Source: Treponemataceae bacterium
Lineage (GTDB): Bacteria > Spirochaetota > Spirochaetia > Treponematales > Rectinemataceae
Assembly (NCBI GenBank): GCA_963667725.2
Contig: CAXXHO010000003.1
Coordinates: 1,888,001 to 1,952,000, forward strand
DNA length: 64,000 bases
Reading direction: 5' to 3'
Shown: positions 29,894 to 38,942 of the stretch, in pieces
Layout: every line of letters begins with the position of its first letter
Numbering within the stretch: position 1 is the first letter of the stretch
Notes under the pieces: generated by a model
Seen by the model: only the letters and a program-made list of their open reading frames with translations
What the model was told of the DNA's origin: nothing
The model's database searches: none
Program-made: the position numbers and the translations under genes

Positions 29894-29923
29894 GATATAG
29901 CGATATTATTCTATCGCTATATC
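29894..29923. promoter_or_regulatory. Perfect 12-6-12 palindrome, putative ArsR operator
   Basis: GATATAGCGATA-TTATTC-TATCGCTATATC about 20 bp upstream of the arsR start. Confidence 0.8.
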
Positions 29924-29985
29924 TTTATATGACGATATTCCGATGAGGCTTTTGTGTCAATGAGGGCAAGATACTCCCAGCAAGC

Positions 29986-31425
29986 CTATTCCTTCATGCA
30001 GATGTGCATGGCCGCGGTGGTGAACGCTCTTGGCAGCGCCAGAATGTTGGGCGCGTCGCCGACATATTTCCTCTTCGCGTCGTCGAGCGCTTCCTCGAAT
30101 GATGCCCTTGTTTTCATGCCCATTCCCCGGGCCAAGCCAGGCTTCATGGCGCCGACAATATAGATCGCCGAGCTGTTCATCTCCGCAATATGGGCACAAG
30201 AGACCATCGAAAAGGCATGGAAAGGATGAAAGGCATAGGCGTAGCGATAGAGGTCCGTATATTCCTTGCGCGTCGAGAAGTATTCGGCGTACTTCGCGAT
30301 ATCTGGCAGAATCTGATTGCCGTCCTTCTGGAAAAGATCATACGTTTTTTCATACGAGGGGAATTCCTCCTCGTGCCAGAATCCATTACAGAGTGAGGAA
30401 CAGATGACGACGCAACGATCGCTCAATACGCGCTTATGCCTGAGAATCTGCGCCGAAATCGCCTGCATCATGAGAATCGGATTGGTACCCATTCCATCGC
30501 CGTAGTGAAATGACTGCGGCATACCGAATACCATGACATCGTACTTTTTCTCCGCCCATCGGGCGTAGGTCCGCGTGTCGGCCGAAGCCCAGCACAAAGG
30601 CTGGATGTCCTTCGCGTACCCAGAGAATATCGCGATCTGGTTAGCGTTGGTGTCGAGGACGGCATCGCATACGAAGAACTTCTTCCCCATGCATTTTTCA
30701 ATATACATGCCGATTTGGTCGAATTTTCTCCTCATGAGGCTGTGGGTGCTCGCTGGGGTAAAATCGCTCCTGTGCATCACCTTGGGGTTGTGGTGTTCAG
30801 CGATGCATCGCCAATGCGTGATCCCAGTCGCGCAGTGCTTGTAGCCGCCCGAATAGCCGCCGTAAGGATTGCCCGTCGCGTGGCCGATCAGGACGCAGAA
30901 GTCCGATTCATAGACTTCCTTGTTCACTATCACATGATCGCCGATTTCATCGGAACCCAGATCCACCAGATTGTCATAATCCTCGCTGTCATGATTGGTA
31001 ATCTGCTTTGAATGCCAAAACTCATCGAAGATGCCATCACCCAGCAAAGAGCGGATCTCCTTTTCGGTATTTTTCCGGTGAAGCCCATTGCTGCAAATCA
31101 GTTTTATATCTTTTTTCTCGACTCCTGCCTTATAAAGCTCTTCGATGATGAGAGGAATGGAGATTTTGCGATGGGCGGTCTGCTGAGTCCCGCCCTTAAC
31201 GCGGTCCGGGAACACTATTATAACCTTGCTGCCCTTTTTCACGCTCTCCGAAATCGGTGGAATCCCGATCGGATTCAAAATGGATTTCCTGGTTTCTGCC
31301 ACAATCCGGTCGGAGGGGATTCTCGGCGGATCGGGATAAGTCTCCCCCGGGATGAAGACATCGGTATTTCCATCGGGGAGTTCGGCTTTCATGAATCCCT
31401 GTCCATACTCAAATTCCAATTTCAT
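29986..31425 (-). CDS. LarA homologue (nickel-pincer-dependent alpha-hydroxy acid racemase/epimerase family)
   Basis: LEFEYG, ILNPIG, FPDR, NGLHR, NHD, GGYSGGYK, AEHH. Confidence 0.8.
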   Translation of the reverse strand: MKLEFEYGQGFMKAELPDGNTDVFIPGETYPDPPRIPSDRIVAETRKSILNPIGIPPISESVKKGSKVIIVFPDRVKGGTQQTAHRKISIPLIIEELYKAGVEKKDIKLICSNGLHRKNTEKEIRSLLGDGIFDEFWHSKQITNHDSEDYDNLVDLGSDEIGDHVIVNKEVYESDFCVLIGHATGNPYGGYSGGYKHCATGITHWRCIAEHHNPKVMHRSDFTPASTHSLMRRKFDQIGMYIEKCMGKKFFVCDAVLDTNANQIAIFSGYAKDIQPLCWASADTRTYARWAEKKYDVMVFGMPQSFHYGDGMGTNPILMMQAISAQILRHKRVLSDRCVVICSSLCNGFWHEEEFPSYEKTYDLFQKDGNQILPDIAKYAEYFSTRKEYTDLYRYAYAFHPFHAFSMVSCAHIAEMNSSAIYIVGAMKPGLARGMGMKTRASFEEALDDAKRKYVGDAPNILALPRAFTTAAMHICMKE

Positions 31426-31446
31426 GGCATTACCTTCCTGGTCAAT

Positions 31447-32382
31447 TTATGGCGCCAGATATTCGTCAAGGATATTTTCGAGACCTTCCAGGCTGAAAGC
31501 GATCGGAGGCGTAAATTTTGTCAAAGCCACGAGGCCGCCGTCGATAGTGCATACGCCGGCTATAGCCCTGGCATTCTCGGTCTTTAGTCCCCCTCCATAG
31601 ACGACTGCGGGCGAGTATCCGAGTATTTCCTTCGCTTTGTGCTTGATATAGGCCGAAATTAAGCTAATATACCCGGAATCCGGGGCCGTCTTCCCCGGGC
31701 CGATAGCCCAACGTGGTTCATAGCCGATCGCGAGCTCCCGATCGCCCTGCGCTTTCGTTATCCCCGCGAGTCCCAATTCCAGCTGGCTGCCCAGCACCGC
31801 TTCCACTCGCGGTTTCCGCTCCTCGAGACTTCCCTCTCCACGCTCCTCGGCGGTTTCTCCCACACAATACAGAACATTCAATCCGGCTTCGAAGGCGCGC
31901 AGGACTTCGGCGTTGATGAGGCGCTGAAGCGCGTGGCTTGCCCTTTTCATCGATACGCCATCACGCGTGATATCGGCGTCATACGCGGCCATGATATCGA
32001 GCTTGTCCTTTCTCTCCTCCGAATGGCCGATGAGAGCCCACTCGCAGCCGAGGGCCGCGGCGGCCTTGGCGGGGAAATTGGCGGTGAAGGCGCCGAAGTT
32101 CCCGCCAGGCATGACATCTTCCCTGAAAACCCCCTGGCTGCCCAGCGCCAGCGTATCGCGGGAGGTCAAAGCCGCAGCCAGAAGAGCTTCCCTGGCCGGG
32201 ATAATAAGGCTCTGGGGAAAGAAGTAGATGATACGCAGGTCCTTCCTGGAATGAAGACCCCGCGCGACAGTCCCGCCGATGACATTCCTCGCCCACGAGG
32301 CGGAATCCTTCTCGGGACATATGCCCCCCAGTTCGGAGGGGATATCGAAGCGTTTGAGGTTGACGAATATGCTTGTCATCAA
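31447..32382 (-). CDS. Divergent triose-phosphate isomerase family protein
   Basis: NLK, GAFT, IGHSEER, CVGET, YEPRWAIG, YGGG; 311 aa with insertions. Confidence 0.85.
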   Translation of the reverse strand: MMTSIFVNLKRFDIPSELGGICPEKDSASWARNVIGGTVARGLHSRKDLRIIYFFPQSLIIPAREALLAAALTSRDTLALGSQGVFREDVMPGGNFGAFTANFPAKAAAALGCEWALIGHSEERKDKLDIMAAYDADITRDGVSMKRASHALQRLINAEVLRAFEAGLNVLYCVGETAEERGEGSLEERKPRVEAVLGSQLELGLAGITKAQGDRELAIGYEPRWAIGPGKTAPDSGYISLISAYIKHKAKEILGYSPAVVYGGGLKTENARAIAGVCTIDGGLVALTKFTPPIAFSLEGLENILDEYLAP

Positions 32383-33278
32383 GGACTCCCTGCTGAATTA
32401 TCGCCACTCGCATATTTTTCATGCTCTCCGGATCGATCGCGGGGCAGTTCACCTTCCAAAGCCCTGAGGTATTCCAGGGATTCCCTCGCCGCGACATGGG
32501 GGCTGGGCTTGGGAAGTATTTCAACGCCTATCCATCCGGGGTATTTCATCGCATCGAGGCTCTGGAGTATCGATGGGAAATCGATGTTTCCTTTCCCCGG
32601 CGCGAGCCTGTTGCTGTCGGCGAAATGAATGTATCCGAGAACGTCAGCGTATTCCTTCAAGGTTTTCGGCAGATCCACATCCTCGATATTCATGTGGAAA
32701 AGATCGGCATGGATCTTCAGGTTGGGAATTCCGATCTTCCTGATATAATCACCGACCTCGGCGCAGCTGAACAGATAGTTTGTCTCGTACCGGTTCATCT
32801 GTTCCAGAAGGATGGCGAGGCCATAAGCTCGAGCCTTCGCGCAGACGCGATCCAGGCACTGGGTGAGCTTTTCAAGACCTTCCTCATACGAATCATCCGG
32901 ATCCAGAGAACCGCGCACCCTACTCACGTTGACATCGGCTCCCAATTCGGCGGCAATTTCTATGATACCCTCAAAGTCCTCGACAGCCCTTTCCCTGACT
33001 CCCCTATCCGGATGGGTGAACGAGACCTTCCCCATCGTATACATCTGCCCCGTCGATATCACGGGAATGGCCATATTGTAGCGGCCGGCAAGCACTCTCA
33101 AGGCTTTGGCATCGACATTGCCCTTGTGGTAAAGCGCCAATTCGATCCCATCGTAGCCTATCTCCGAAGCCGCTTTCAGGCTTTCCTCAAGCCCCCTGAA
33201 TACGACGAGAGCCTTGGGATGGCTTTCCACGATCGTGGAAGTGATGCATAGCCTATGCCTTCTGTTCATATATTCCAT
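32379..33278 (-). CDS. Sugar isomerase/epimerase (xylose-isomerase-like TIM barrel; resembles IolO 5-keto-L-gluconate epimerase)
   Basis: GYDGIEL, TGQMY, EQMNRYET, DLFHMNIE, HFADSNR.APG.G; start may be 33269. Confidence 0.85.
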   Translation of the reverse strand: MEYMNRRHRLCITSTIVESHPKALVVFRGLEESLKAASEIGYDGIELALYHKGNVDAKALRVLAGRYNMAIPVISTGQMYTMGKVSFTHPDRGVRERAVEDFEGIIEIAAELGADVNVSRVRGSLDPDDSYEEGLEKLTQCLDRVCAKARAYGLAILLEQMNRYETNYLFSCAEVGDYIRKIGIPNLKIHADLFHMNIEDVDLPKTLKEYADVLGYIHFADSNRLAPGKGNIDFPSILQSLDAMKYPGWIGVEILPKPSPHVAARESLEYLRALEGELPRDRSGEHEKYASGDNSAGSP

Positions 33279-34182
33279 GGTATTCCCTGACGACAGCCTC
33301 GAATTCCCGCAGAATTTCGGCGGGAGGCGAAAGGCAGGGTTCGGAGACCTTCGAGCCGCATACGCCAAGAATCTCGAGCGCCTTCTTTCTCATGATGACG
33401 CCGCGCAGCGATGAATTTATCTGCATATTGAAGCGGTTGACATCATCGACCTGGTTTTGGATCGTCCGTGCGCTCTCCCAGTCCCCTTTTATGGCAGCTT
33501 GCCAGAAGGCAACCATCATGCGCGGAAAAACATTGCCTATCGATGGAACAAGACCGTCGGCTCCGGCCAGCAAGGAATCGAAGGCCACCCTTTCGTTGCC
33601 GCAGAGTACCTTCCAGTCCTGTCTTGCCGTCTTGAACTCAAGCAGGGCATTGAAATATTCCTTCTCGCCTCCGGAATCCTTGATCCCAATAAGCAAAGGA
33701 TGCGGCAGCAGCTGACGGATCGTCTCGACATGAATCTTGGAGCCGACGGTTTCTGGCATATTGTAGAGAATTATCGGAATATCGCTGCCATCGAGAATCG
33801 AGCGGAAGAAAGCTACCTGTTCACTCACTTCAATGACTTTGTAGTAGAAAGGAAGCGTGCTTACGAGGAAATCCGTTCCGCATCCCTGCGCCAGCCTGGC
33901 CAGCTCCAGGGATTTACGGGTTCCGCACTCCCCAATGCCCACGCAGACGGGGATTTTACCATCCGCGGCTTCAGTCACTGCTGTGATGAGCCGTTTCTTA
34001 TCTTCGTCGGCGAGTCTCGGGAATTCCCCCGTGGTTCCGAGGACAAAAAGGCTGTCAACGGCGCCGGCGAGAAGGTAATCGACAAGTCTGCGAAGCCCGG
34101 TAAAATCGACATGCTCCTGGTCATCGAGGGGGGTCACCAGGGGGACGACGATTCCACCCAGAGCGCATGGCGTTTTCATCAT
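33253..34182 (-). CDS. DHDPS-family aldolase
   Basis: VPLVTP, LGTTGEF, PFYY, YNMP, GIKDS; ATGA overlap with SIS gene. Confidence 0.9.
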   Translation of the reverse strand: MMKTPCALGGIVVPLVTPLDDQEHVDFTGLRRLVDYLLAGAVDSLFVLGTTGEFPRLADEDKKRLITAVTEAADGKIPVCVGIGECGTRKSLELARLAQGCGTDFLVSTLPFYYKVIEVSEQVAFFRSILDGSDIPIILYNMPETVGSKIHVETIRQLLPHPLLIGIKDSGGEKEYFNALLEFKTARQDWKVLCGNERVAFDSLLAGADGLVPSIGNVFPRMMVAFWQAAIKGDWESARTIQNQVDDVNRFNMQINSSLRGVIMRKKALEILGVCGSKVSEPCLSPPAEILREFEAVVREYHGIYEQKA

Positions 34183-34790
34183 GGCTTTTCCCTTTTCCCA
34201 AGCTGGCCGGAGGGATGCCATTGGAGGTATTCTTCCTGGTCGATCCCCTTCCGGGCTTGCAGGATGACACTGAGGTTCATCAGCATGAAAAGGCTTACGA
34301 GCATGCTTATCCGAGGCGGCTTGTTGAGGTAGTCGCCCTCGCGTTCCACATGCACATCCAGATGCGCATCTCCCATCCGGGCGATTTCCGATTCGGGAAA
34401 GCCTGTCACGGAGATGATGCGGGCGCCGTTGCGCTTCAGTGTCTTCACGGTGGCCACAAGCTCGGCGACATTTCCGAAATACGAAATCGCTATGACCACA
34501 TCGCCCTTTTTTACCTGGCCGGCCGATCCGTGGGTAGCCTCCGTCCCGTCGAGAAAGTAGCACGACGTCCCCGTGGAGGAAAACAGCGAAGCCATATAGT
34601 TGGCGATATGGTGCGGCTTCCCAATGCCGGTAACATGCAGACGTCCTCCGCTCGCTTCCGCGTCGGACAGCAGGCGCAACGCTTCTTCGTAATAGTTCAG
34701 CGTGAAGCGCTTGGCCGCCGAGGCGATCGCCTTGCTCGCTTCCTCGCCGAATACATTCGCTTGCGCTTCAAGAGATTCCATCATTTGCAT
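34179..34790 (-). CDS. SIS-domain sugar-phosphate isomerase (KpsF/GutQ-like, no CBS domains)
   Basis: HVTGIGKP, SSTGT, EATHG, WHPSGQLG. Confidence 0.85.
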   Translation of the reverse strand: MQMMESLEAQANVFGEEASKAIASAAKRFTLNYYEEALRLLSDAEASGGRLHVTGIGKPHHIANYMASLFSSTGTSCYFLDGTEATHGSAGQVKKGDVVIAISYFGNVAELVATVKTLKRNGARIISVTGFPESEIARMGDAHLDVHVEREGDYLNKPPRISMLVSLFMLMNLSVILQARKGIDQEEYLQWHPSGQLGKREKP

Positions 34791-34804
34791 CCCCTTTTAC
34801 TATT

Positions 34805-36091
34805 CTAGCGCATGAAAGTCTGCGGCAAAAACAGGACCAGGCTCGGAAAATATGTCGTGAGAAGCAGGACCAGAATAAGGACACCAAGCATGGGCAGCAA
34901 TTCTTTTATGATTGTCCCGAGCGGAGTTCCCGAAATTCCGCTGGTGACGAACAAGAGCCCCCCATAGGGAGGAGTCGAGAGTCCGATCATCATGTTCAGC
35001 ACGATGACAACCCCAAAATGGACGAGATCTATTCCGAGCGCGCTTACCATGGGGAGGACTATCGGTATGAATACGAGAGTGATCGTATTCACGTCGATGA
35101 ACATGCCAAGAACGAGGAAGGCCAGGTTGATCAGCGCGAGGAAGACATACTTGTTCGTCGTTATGCCGAGCAGGGCTGTCGCGACGAGATCCGGAATGCG
35201 TTCATAGGAAACCACGAACGACATCCCGAAAGAAGCGGCGACGATTATCGAAATCGTCCCTGTCGATTTGATCGTCTCGAAGAGCATCTTGCCCAGGGAT
35301 TTTATATCAATGCTCTTGTAGAACAGGACGGAAATCAGGATGCCATAGAAAGCCGCGAGCGCTCCCGCTTCAGTAGGGGTCACGATCCCTGTATAGATGC
35401 CGCCGAGCAGGATGACTGGGGTGAGAAGAGCGGGAATCGCCTCAAAAGTGGAGGCCAGAAACTCCTTGAAAGTCTTCATCTCTCCCTTGGGGTAATGCCT
35501 TTTTTTCGAGACGATCGCGACATATACCATCAGTGCCGCGGCGATCAAGACTCCCGGCACCATCCCGCCGAGGAACAGCGCGCCTATCGAGGCGCCGGAC
35601 AACATCGAATACATGATCATCGGGATGCTGGGAGGAAATATCGGGCCTATTGTGGCGGATGCCGCGGTGATCGCGCAGGAGAATCCGTCATCGTAGCCCT
35701 GCTTTCTCATCGCCTCTATCTCCATTATCCCGAGCCCGGAAGCATCGGCGAGAGCTGAGCCTGTCATGCCGGAAAAAATCAGGGAAGCCAGGACATTCAC
35801 ATGTCCCAAGCCCCCGTCGAGTCGCCCGACGAAAGCGTTGGCGAACATGAATATCTTGTCTGTCACCTTCCCGGTATTCATGATCTGGGCGGCAAAAATG
35901 AAGAGCGGGACAGCGATCAGCAAATACGAAGAGAACATGTTCGTAACAATTTTCTCCGCGACCAGAAGAAGCGGCAGACCTTTCAGCATGCAATACACCG
36001 ATACGGCGGTAATGAAGCCGAGAGGGATGGGAATGCGCAGGATGAATATGAGACAGAAAATCGCGAGGAATGCCATGAGCGCGAAATTCAT
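34805..36091 (-). CDS. dctM: TRAP transporter large permease
   Basis: AVPLFI, SGMTGSALAD, PPSIPM, TPTE, STPPYG. Confidence 0.93.
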   Translation of the reverse strand: MNFALMAFLAIFCLIFILRIPIPLGFITAVSVYCMLKGLPLLLVAEKIVTNMFSSYLLIAVPLFIFAAQIMNTGKVTDKIFMFANAFVGRLDGGLGHVNVLASLIFSGMTGSALADASGLGIMEIEAMRKQGYDDGFSCAITAASATIGPIFPPSIPMIMYSMLSGASIGALFLGGMVPGVLIAAALMVYVAIVSKKRHYPKGEMKTFKEFLASTFEAIPALLTPVILLGGIYTGIVTPTEAGALAAFYGILISVLFYKSIDIKSLGKMLFETIKSTGTISIIVAASFGMSFVVSYERIPDLVATALLGITTNKYVFLALINLAFLVLGMFIDVNTITLVFIPIVLPMVSALGIDLVHFGVVIVLNMMIGLSTPPYGGLLFVTSGISGTPLGTIIKELLPMLGVLILVLLLTTYFPSLVLFLPQTFMR

Positions 36092-36103
36092 GTGCCGTTC
36101 TCC

Positions 36104-36577
36104 TTATTTTCGTGAGGTCCTGATATCGAGGATGATGTCATGCACCGTATGCCCCAGTATCAGGATGAAGAAAATCAGCACCGGACCGTAGCCGATGCTG
36201 AGAGGGATACGCAGGACGGATGATTTTTCGAGGTGTATCGCTTTCAGGTATTTGAAAATGGAGGGCAATGGCACAAGAAAAGCGAAAAATACCAGGACGT
36301 TGGAGGAAAGTCGGGCGACCTTTCTCATCGCTTCCGGAAGCTTGTCGTAGACAAGCGTAAATGCTACGTGGCCGTGGACTCTCCTGATATATCCGGCCGA
36401 TAGGAGCGTCGTCCAGATAAAGGCCAGGCTCGTGAGTTCCTCCGGCCACATAAGCGGATTTCTCAGGGCATAGCGGAAGAATATTTGGATAATGAAGGTC
36501 AGAAAAAGGCACGCGAAGGTGGCCATGGGAAGGTAGATTTCTATAAAATCCAGTAAAAACTTCAGGACCTTTTTCAT
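36104..36577 (-). CDS. dctQ: TRAP transporter small permease
   Basis: QIFFRY, WPEEL, HV; 4 TM. Confidence 0.9.
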   Translation of the reverse strand: MKKVLKFLLDFIEIYLPMATFACLFLTFIIQIFFRYALRNPLMWPEELTSLAFIWTTLLSAGYIRRVHGHVAFTLVYDKLPEAMRKVARLSSNVLVFFAFLVPLPSIFKYLKAIHLEKSSVLRIPLSIGYGPVLIFFILILGHTVHDIILDIRTSRK

Positions 36578-36603
36578 CGCTATATTCTCTTGCTAATAAA
36601 AAT

Positions 36604-36626
36604 GAGCATCTCGAAAAGAGATGCTC
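36604..36626 (-). terminator. Stem-loop after dctP
   Basis: GAGCATCTC-GAAAA-GAGATGCTC with A-rich tract on the left. Confidence 0.6.
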
Positions 36627-36646
36627 CGATGCTTATCTTCTTCTTC

Positions 36647-37672
36647 TCAGTCAACCATGGCGGAAATTTCCTCGAGGAGAGCGAGATCCCAAGTCTTTGA
36701 GATTTCTTTATTGCCCAGATAATAATCCCGGGCATACTTCATCCAGACGCTCTTGTCGATGTCGTAGACGGTAAGTCCTTTTTCCTTAAGGGTCGCGATC
36801 CCATTCTCTTCAATCCTAAGATTCTCCGCGTCACAGAATTCCCTGCCCTTTTCTGCCGCCTTTACGAGAATATCCTGGTCTTCCTTGCTCAGGGATTGCC
36901 ATTTTTTCTCGTTTATCACAGGCATGATCGTGTCGACAAGATGCCCCGTCAAGATCATGTATTTCGTGACTTCGTAGAATTTTCTAAGAAGTGTGGCGGG
37001 AATCGGGTTTTCCTGCCCATCGACGGCGGAGGTTTTCAGCGCGAGGTATACTTCCGAAATGGCGATCGGGGTCGGATTGGCTCCAAGAGCTTTGCCCATG
37101 GCTATCCAAGAGGGGCTGTTCGCCATCCTGAGCTTGATGCCCTTCATGTCCGCCGGGACTTTCACGACTTTGCCGACATCCCTCAAATTAAGGTTTCTGG
37201 TGCCCATATACCAGGCGGAAAGCGGCCGCACTCCGATCTTGTCGATCACCATGCCATTGATCTTCTTGCCGATATCACCGTTCAGCACCCTTGTCATGTG
37301 GGCATAATCCTTGAAAATGTAAGCTGCCGAGAACATGGAGATGGAGGGCACCAGTTCGGAGAACCAACTAGGGCTTCCGTCGGCCATGTCGAGCGTTCCC
37401 ATGCGAACACCGCTGATCTGCCCTTCCTGGGTAAAAAGCGTGCCGTCGAGATGGACATCGATCGTAATGCGGCCGCCTGAGAGGCGTTTGGCTTCCTCCG
37501 CCATGACATGCGCAGCTTTCCCGTGAGAGGCAGTCGACGCCGCTGTCGAGGAGTACACAAGTTTTACTGGTTTGCCGCCGCCTGCCGTCGCGGAGGCGTC
37601 TTTCTGGTTTTGAGCGAAGAGTTGTCCGCCTAAAAACACGATGCACAACATGGCGACTATCGATTTCCCCAT
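36647..37672 (-). CDS. dctP: TRAP solute-binding protein
   Basis: Signal peptide; YMGTR, DMKGIKLRM, GANPTP, VDGQENP. Confidence 0.92.
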   Translation of the reverse strand: MGKSIVAMLCIVFLGGQLFAQNQKDASATAGGGKPVKLVYSSTAASTASHGKAAHVMAEEAKRLSGGRITIDVHLDGTLFTQEGQISGVRMGTLDMADGSPSWFSELVPSISMFSAAYIFKDYAHMTRVLNGDIGKKINGMVIDKIGVRPLSAWYMGTRNLNLRDVGKVVKVPADMKGIKLRMANSPSWIAMGKALGANPTPIAISEVYLALKTSAVDGQENPIPATLLRKFYEVTKYMILTGHLVDTIMPVINEKKWQSLSKEDQDILVKAAEKGREFCDAENLRIEENGIATLKEKGLTVYDIDKSVWMKYARDYYLGNKEISKTWDLALLEEISAMVD

Positions 37673-37720
37673 GATTGCCTCCTTTCTTCTTTCTGCAGTT
37701 CAGGTCAGGAATTAAAGCTT

Positions 37721-37768
37721 TGCAACCGGTTTCATTTTTAGTGTAGTCCCCAATTTTTTACCTGTCAA
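37721..37768 (-). promoter_or_regulatory. Promoter and LacI-type operator
   Basis: Minus strand TTGACA-N17-TACACT; TGCAACCGGTTTCA (37721-37734) fits the LacI-family TGNAANCGNTTNCA pattern. Confidence 0.8.
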
Positions 37769-37806
37769 GTTTTTCCATGCAATCCGATTATTTTTTTTCC
37801 GGCATG

Positions 37807-38826
37807 CTAGCCTTGTATGTTGATACGACAAGAATCGCGTATGATCAGCTCAGTCCTCAGCGTATGTCTTTCAACCTGGAGTAGGGGGTTGCCTATCAAG
37901 GCCAATAGAGTGCGTACCGCTTTCCTGCCCATCTCATGCTCGGGTACGCGAATGGTCGTTAATGGCGGATCACAATATGATGCCAGATCGACATCATCGA
38001 AGCCGGCAAGAGAGATGTCGTCGGGAACCTTCAGTCCTGCTTCCTTGATTGCCCGCAGGGCGCCCAATGCCATTGTATCGCTCGCCGCAAAAATAGCGCT
38101 GGGAGGATTCGCCGCGGACAGGATTGTCCTTGCGGCAATCCTGCCGTTTTCAAGCGTCGGTTCGGCTCCGACGACGAGAGTCGGATCCAGTTCAACGCCG
38201 TATTCATGAAGGGCGTCCTTGTAACCCTGATATCGCATACTCGCCCGCTTGACCTTCTCGATTGGCCCTGTTATCAGCGCGATCCGCCGGTGCTTCAGCT
38301 CGAGGAGATATCTTGTCATGCGATATGCCGCTTCCCTGTTGTCAAACCCGACAAAACTGATCTCGGGGTCTTCAGCCATTTCCCAAATGACGACGCAAGG
38401 CAATCCTGATTTCGAAAATTCCTTAATCAGACTCGAGGTGGAATCGGTGACGCCCGTCAGTATCATTCCCGCAAGCCTACGCTGGCGAAATAGATTCATA
38501 TACCCAACTTCATCCTCCGCGCTGTAGTCGGTGTTCGCGATCAACAATGCCAGATCGTGGAGATGGGCTTCCTGCTGAATGCCGCGAATCGATTCCGCGT
38601 GGATGGAGCTTTTTATCGTGGGAATGATGAGTCCAATAATGGATGTCTGCTTTTTTGAAAAATCGGCCGCGTTCACGTTGTAGACATATTTGTGCTCTTC
38701 TATGACCTTCAGGACTCGCCTCCTCGTGGAGTCCTTCAGCAAGTCCGGTCGATGGAGAGCACGAGAAACCGTAGCCTTGGAGACATGTGCCAGAGCCGCG
38801 ATTTCAGACATAGTGAGTTTGGTCAT
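37807..38826 (-). CDS. LacI-family regulator
   Basis: TMSEIAALAHVSKATVSRAL, VPDDISLAGFDD, PPLTTI, LIIRDS. Confidence 0.94.
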   Translation of the reverse strand: MTKLTMSEIAALAHVSKATVSRALHRPDLLKDSTRRRVLKVIEEHKYVYNVNAADFSKKQTSIIGLIIPTIKSSIHAESIRGIQQEAHLHDLALLIANTDYSAEDEVGYMNLFRQRRLAGMILTGVTDSTSSLIKEFSKSGLPCVVIWEMAEDPEISFVGFDNREAAYRMTRYLLELKHRRIALITGPIEKVKRASMRYQGYKDALHEYGVELDPTLVVGAEPTLENGRIAARTILSAANPPSAIFAASDTMALGALRAIKEAGLKVPDDISLAGFDDVDLASYCDPPLTTIRVPEHEMGRKAVRTLLALIGNPLLQVERHTLRTELIIRDSCRINIQG

Positions 38827-38942
38827 AATTTCCTTGACATAGTACACGAAATAAACCCTGGCAGAAAGTAGAAGAACAAAGGCTTCAGCGCAAATGACCA
38901 GGTCTCGAAAGAAATGTAGTCACGCCGCCTGCGCGTGAAAAA

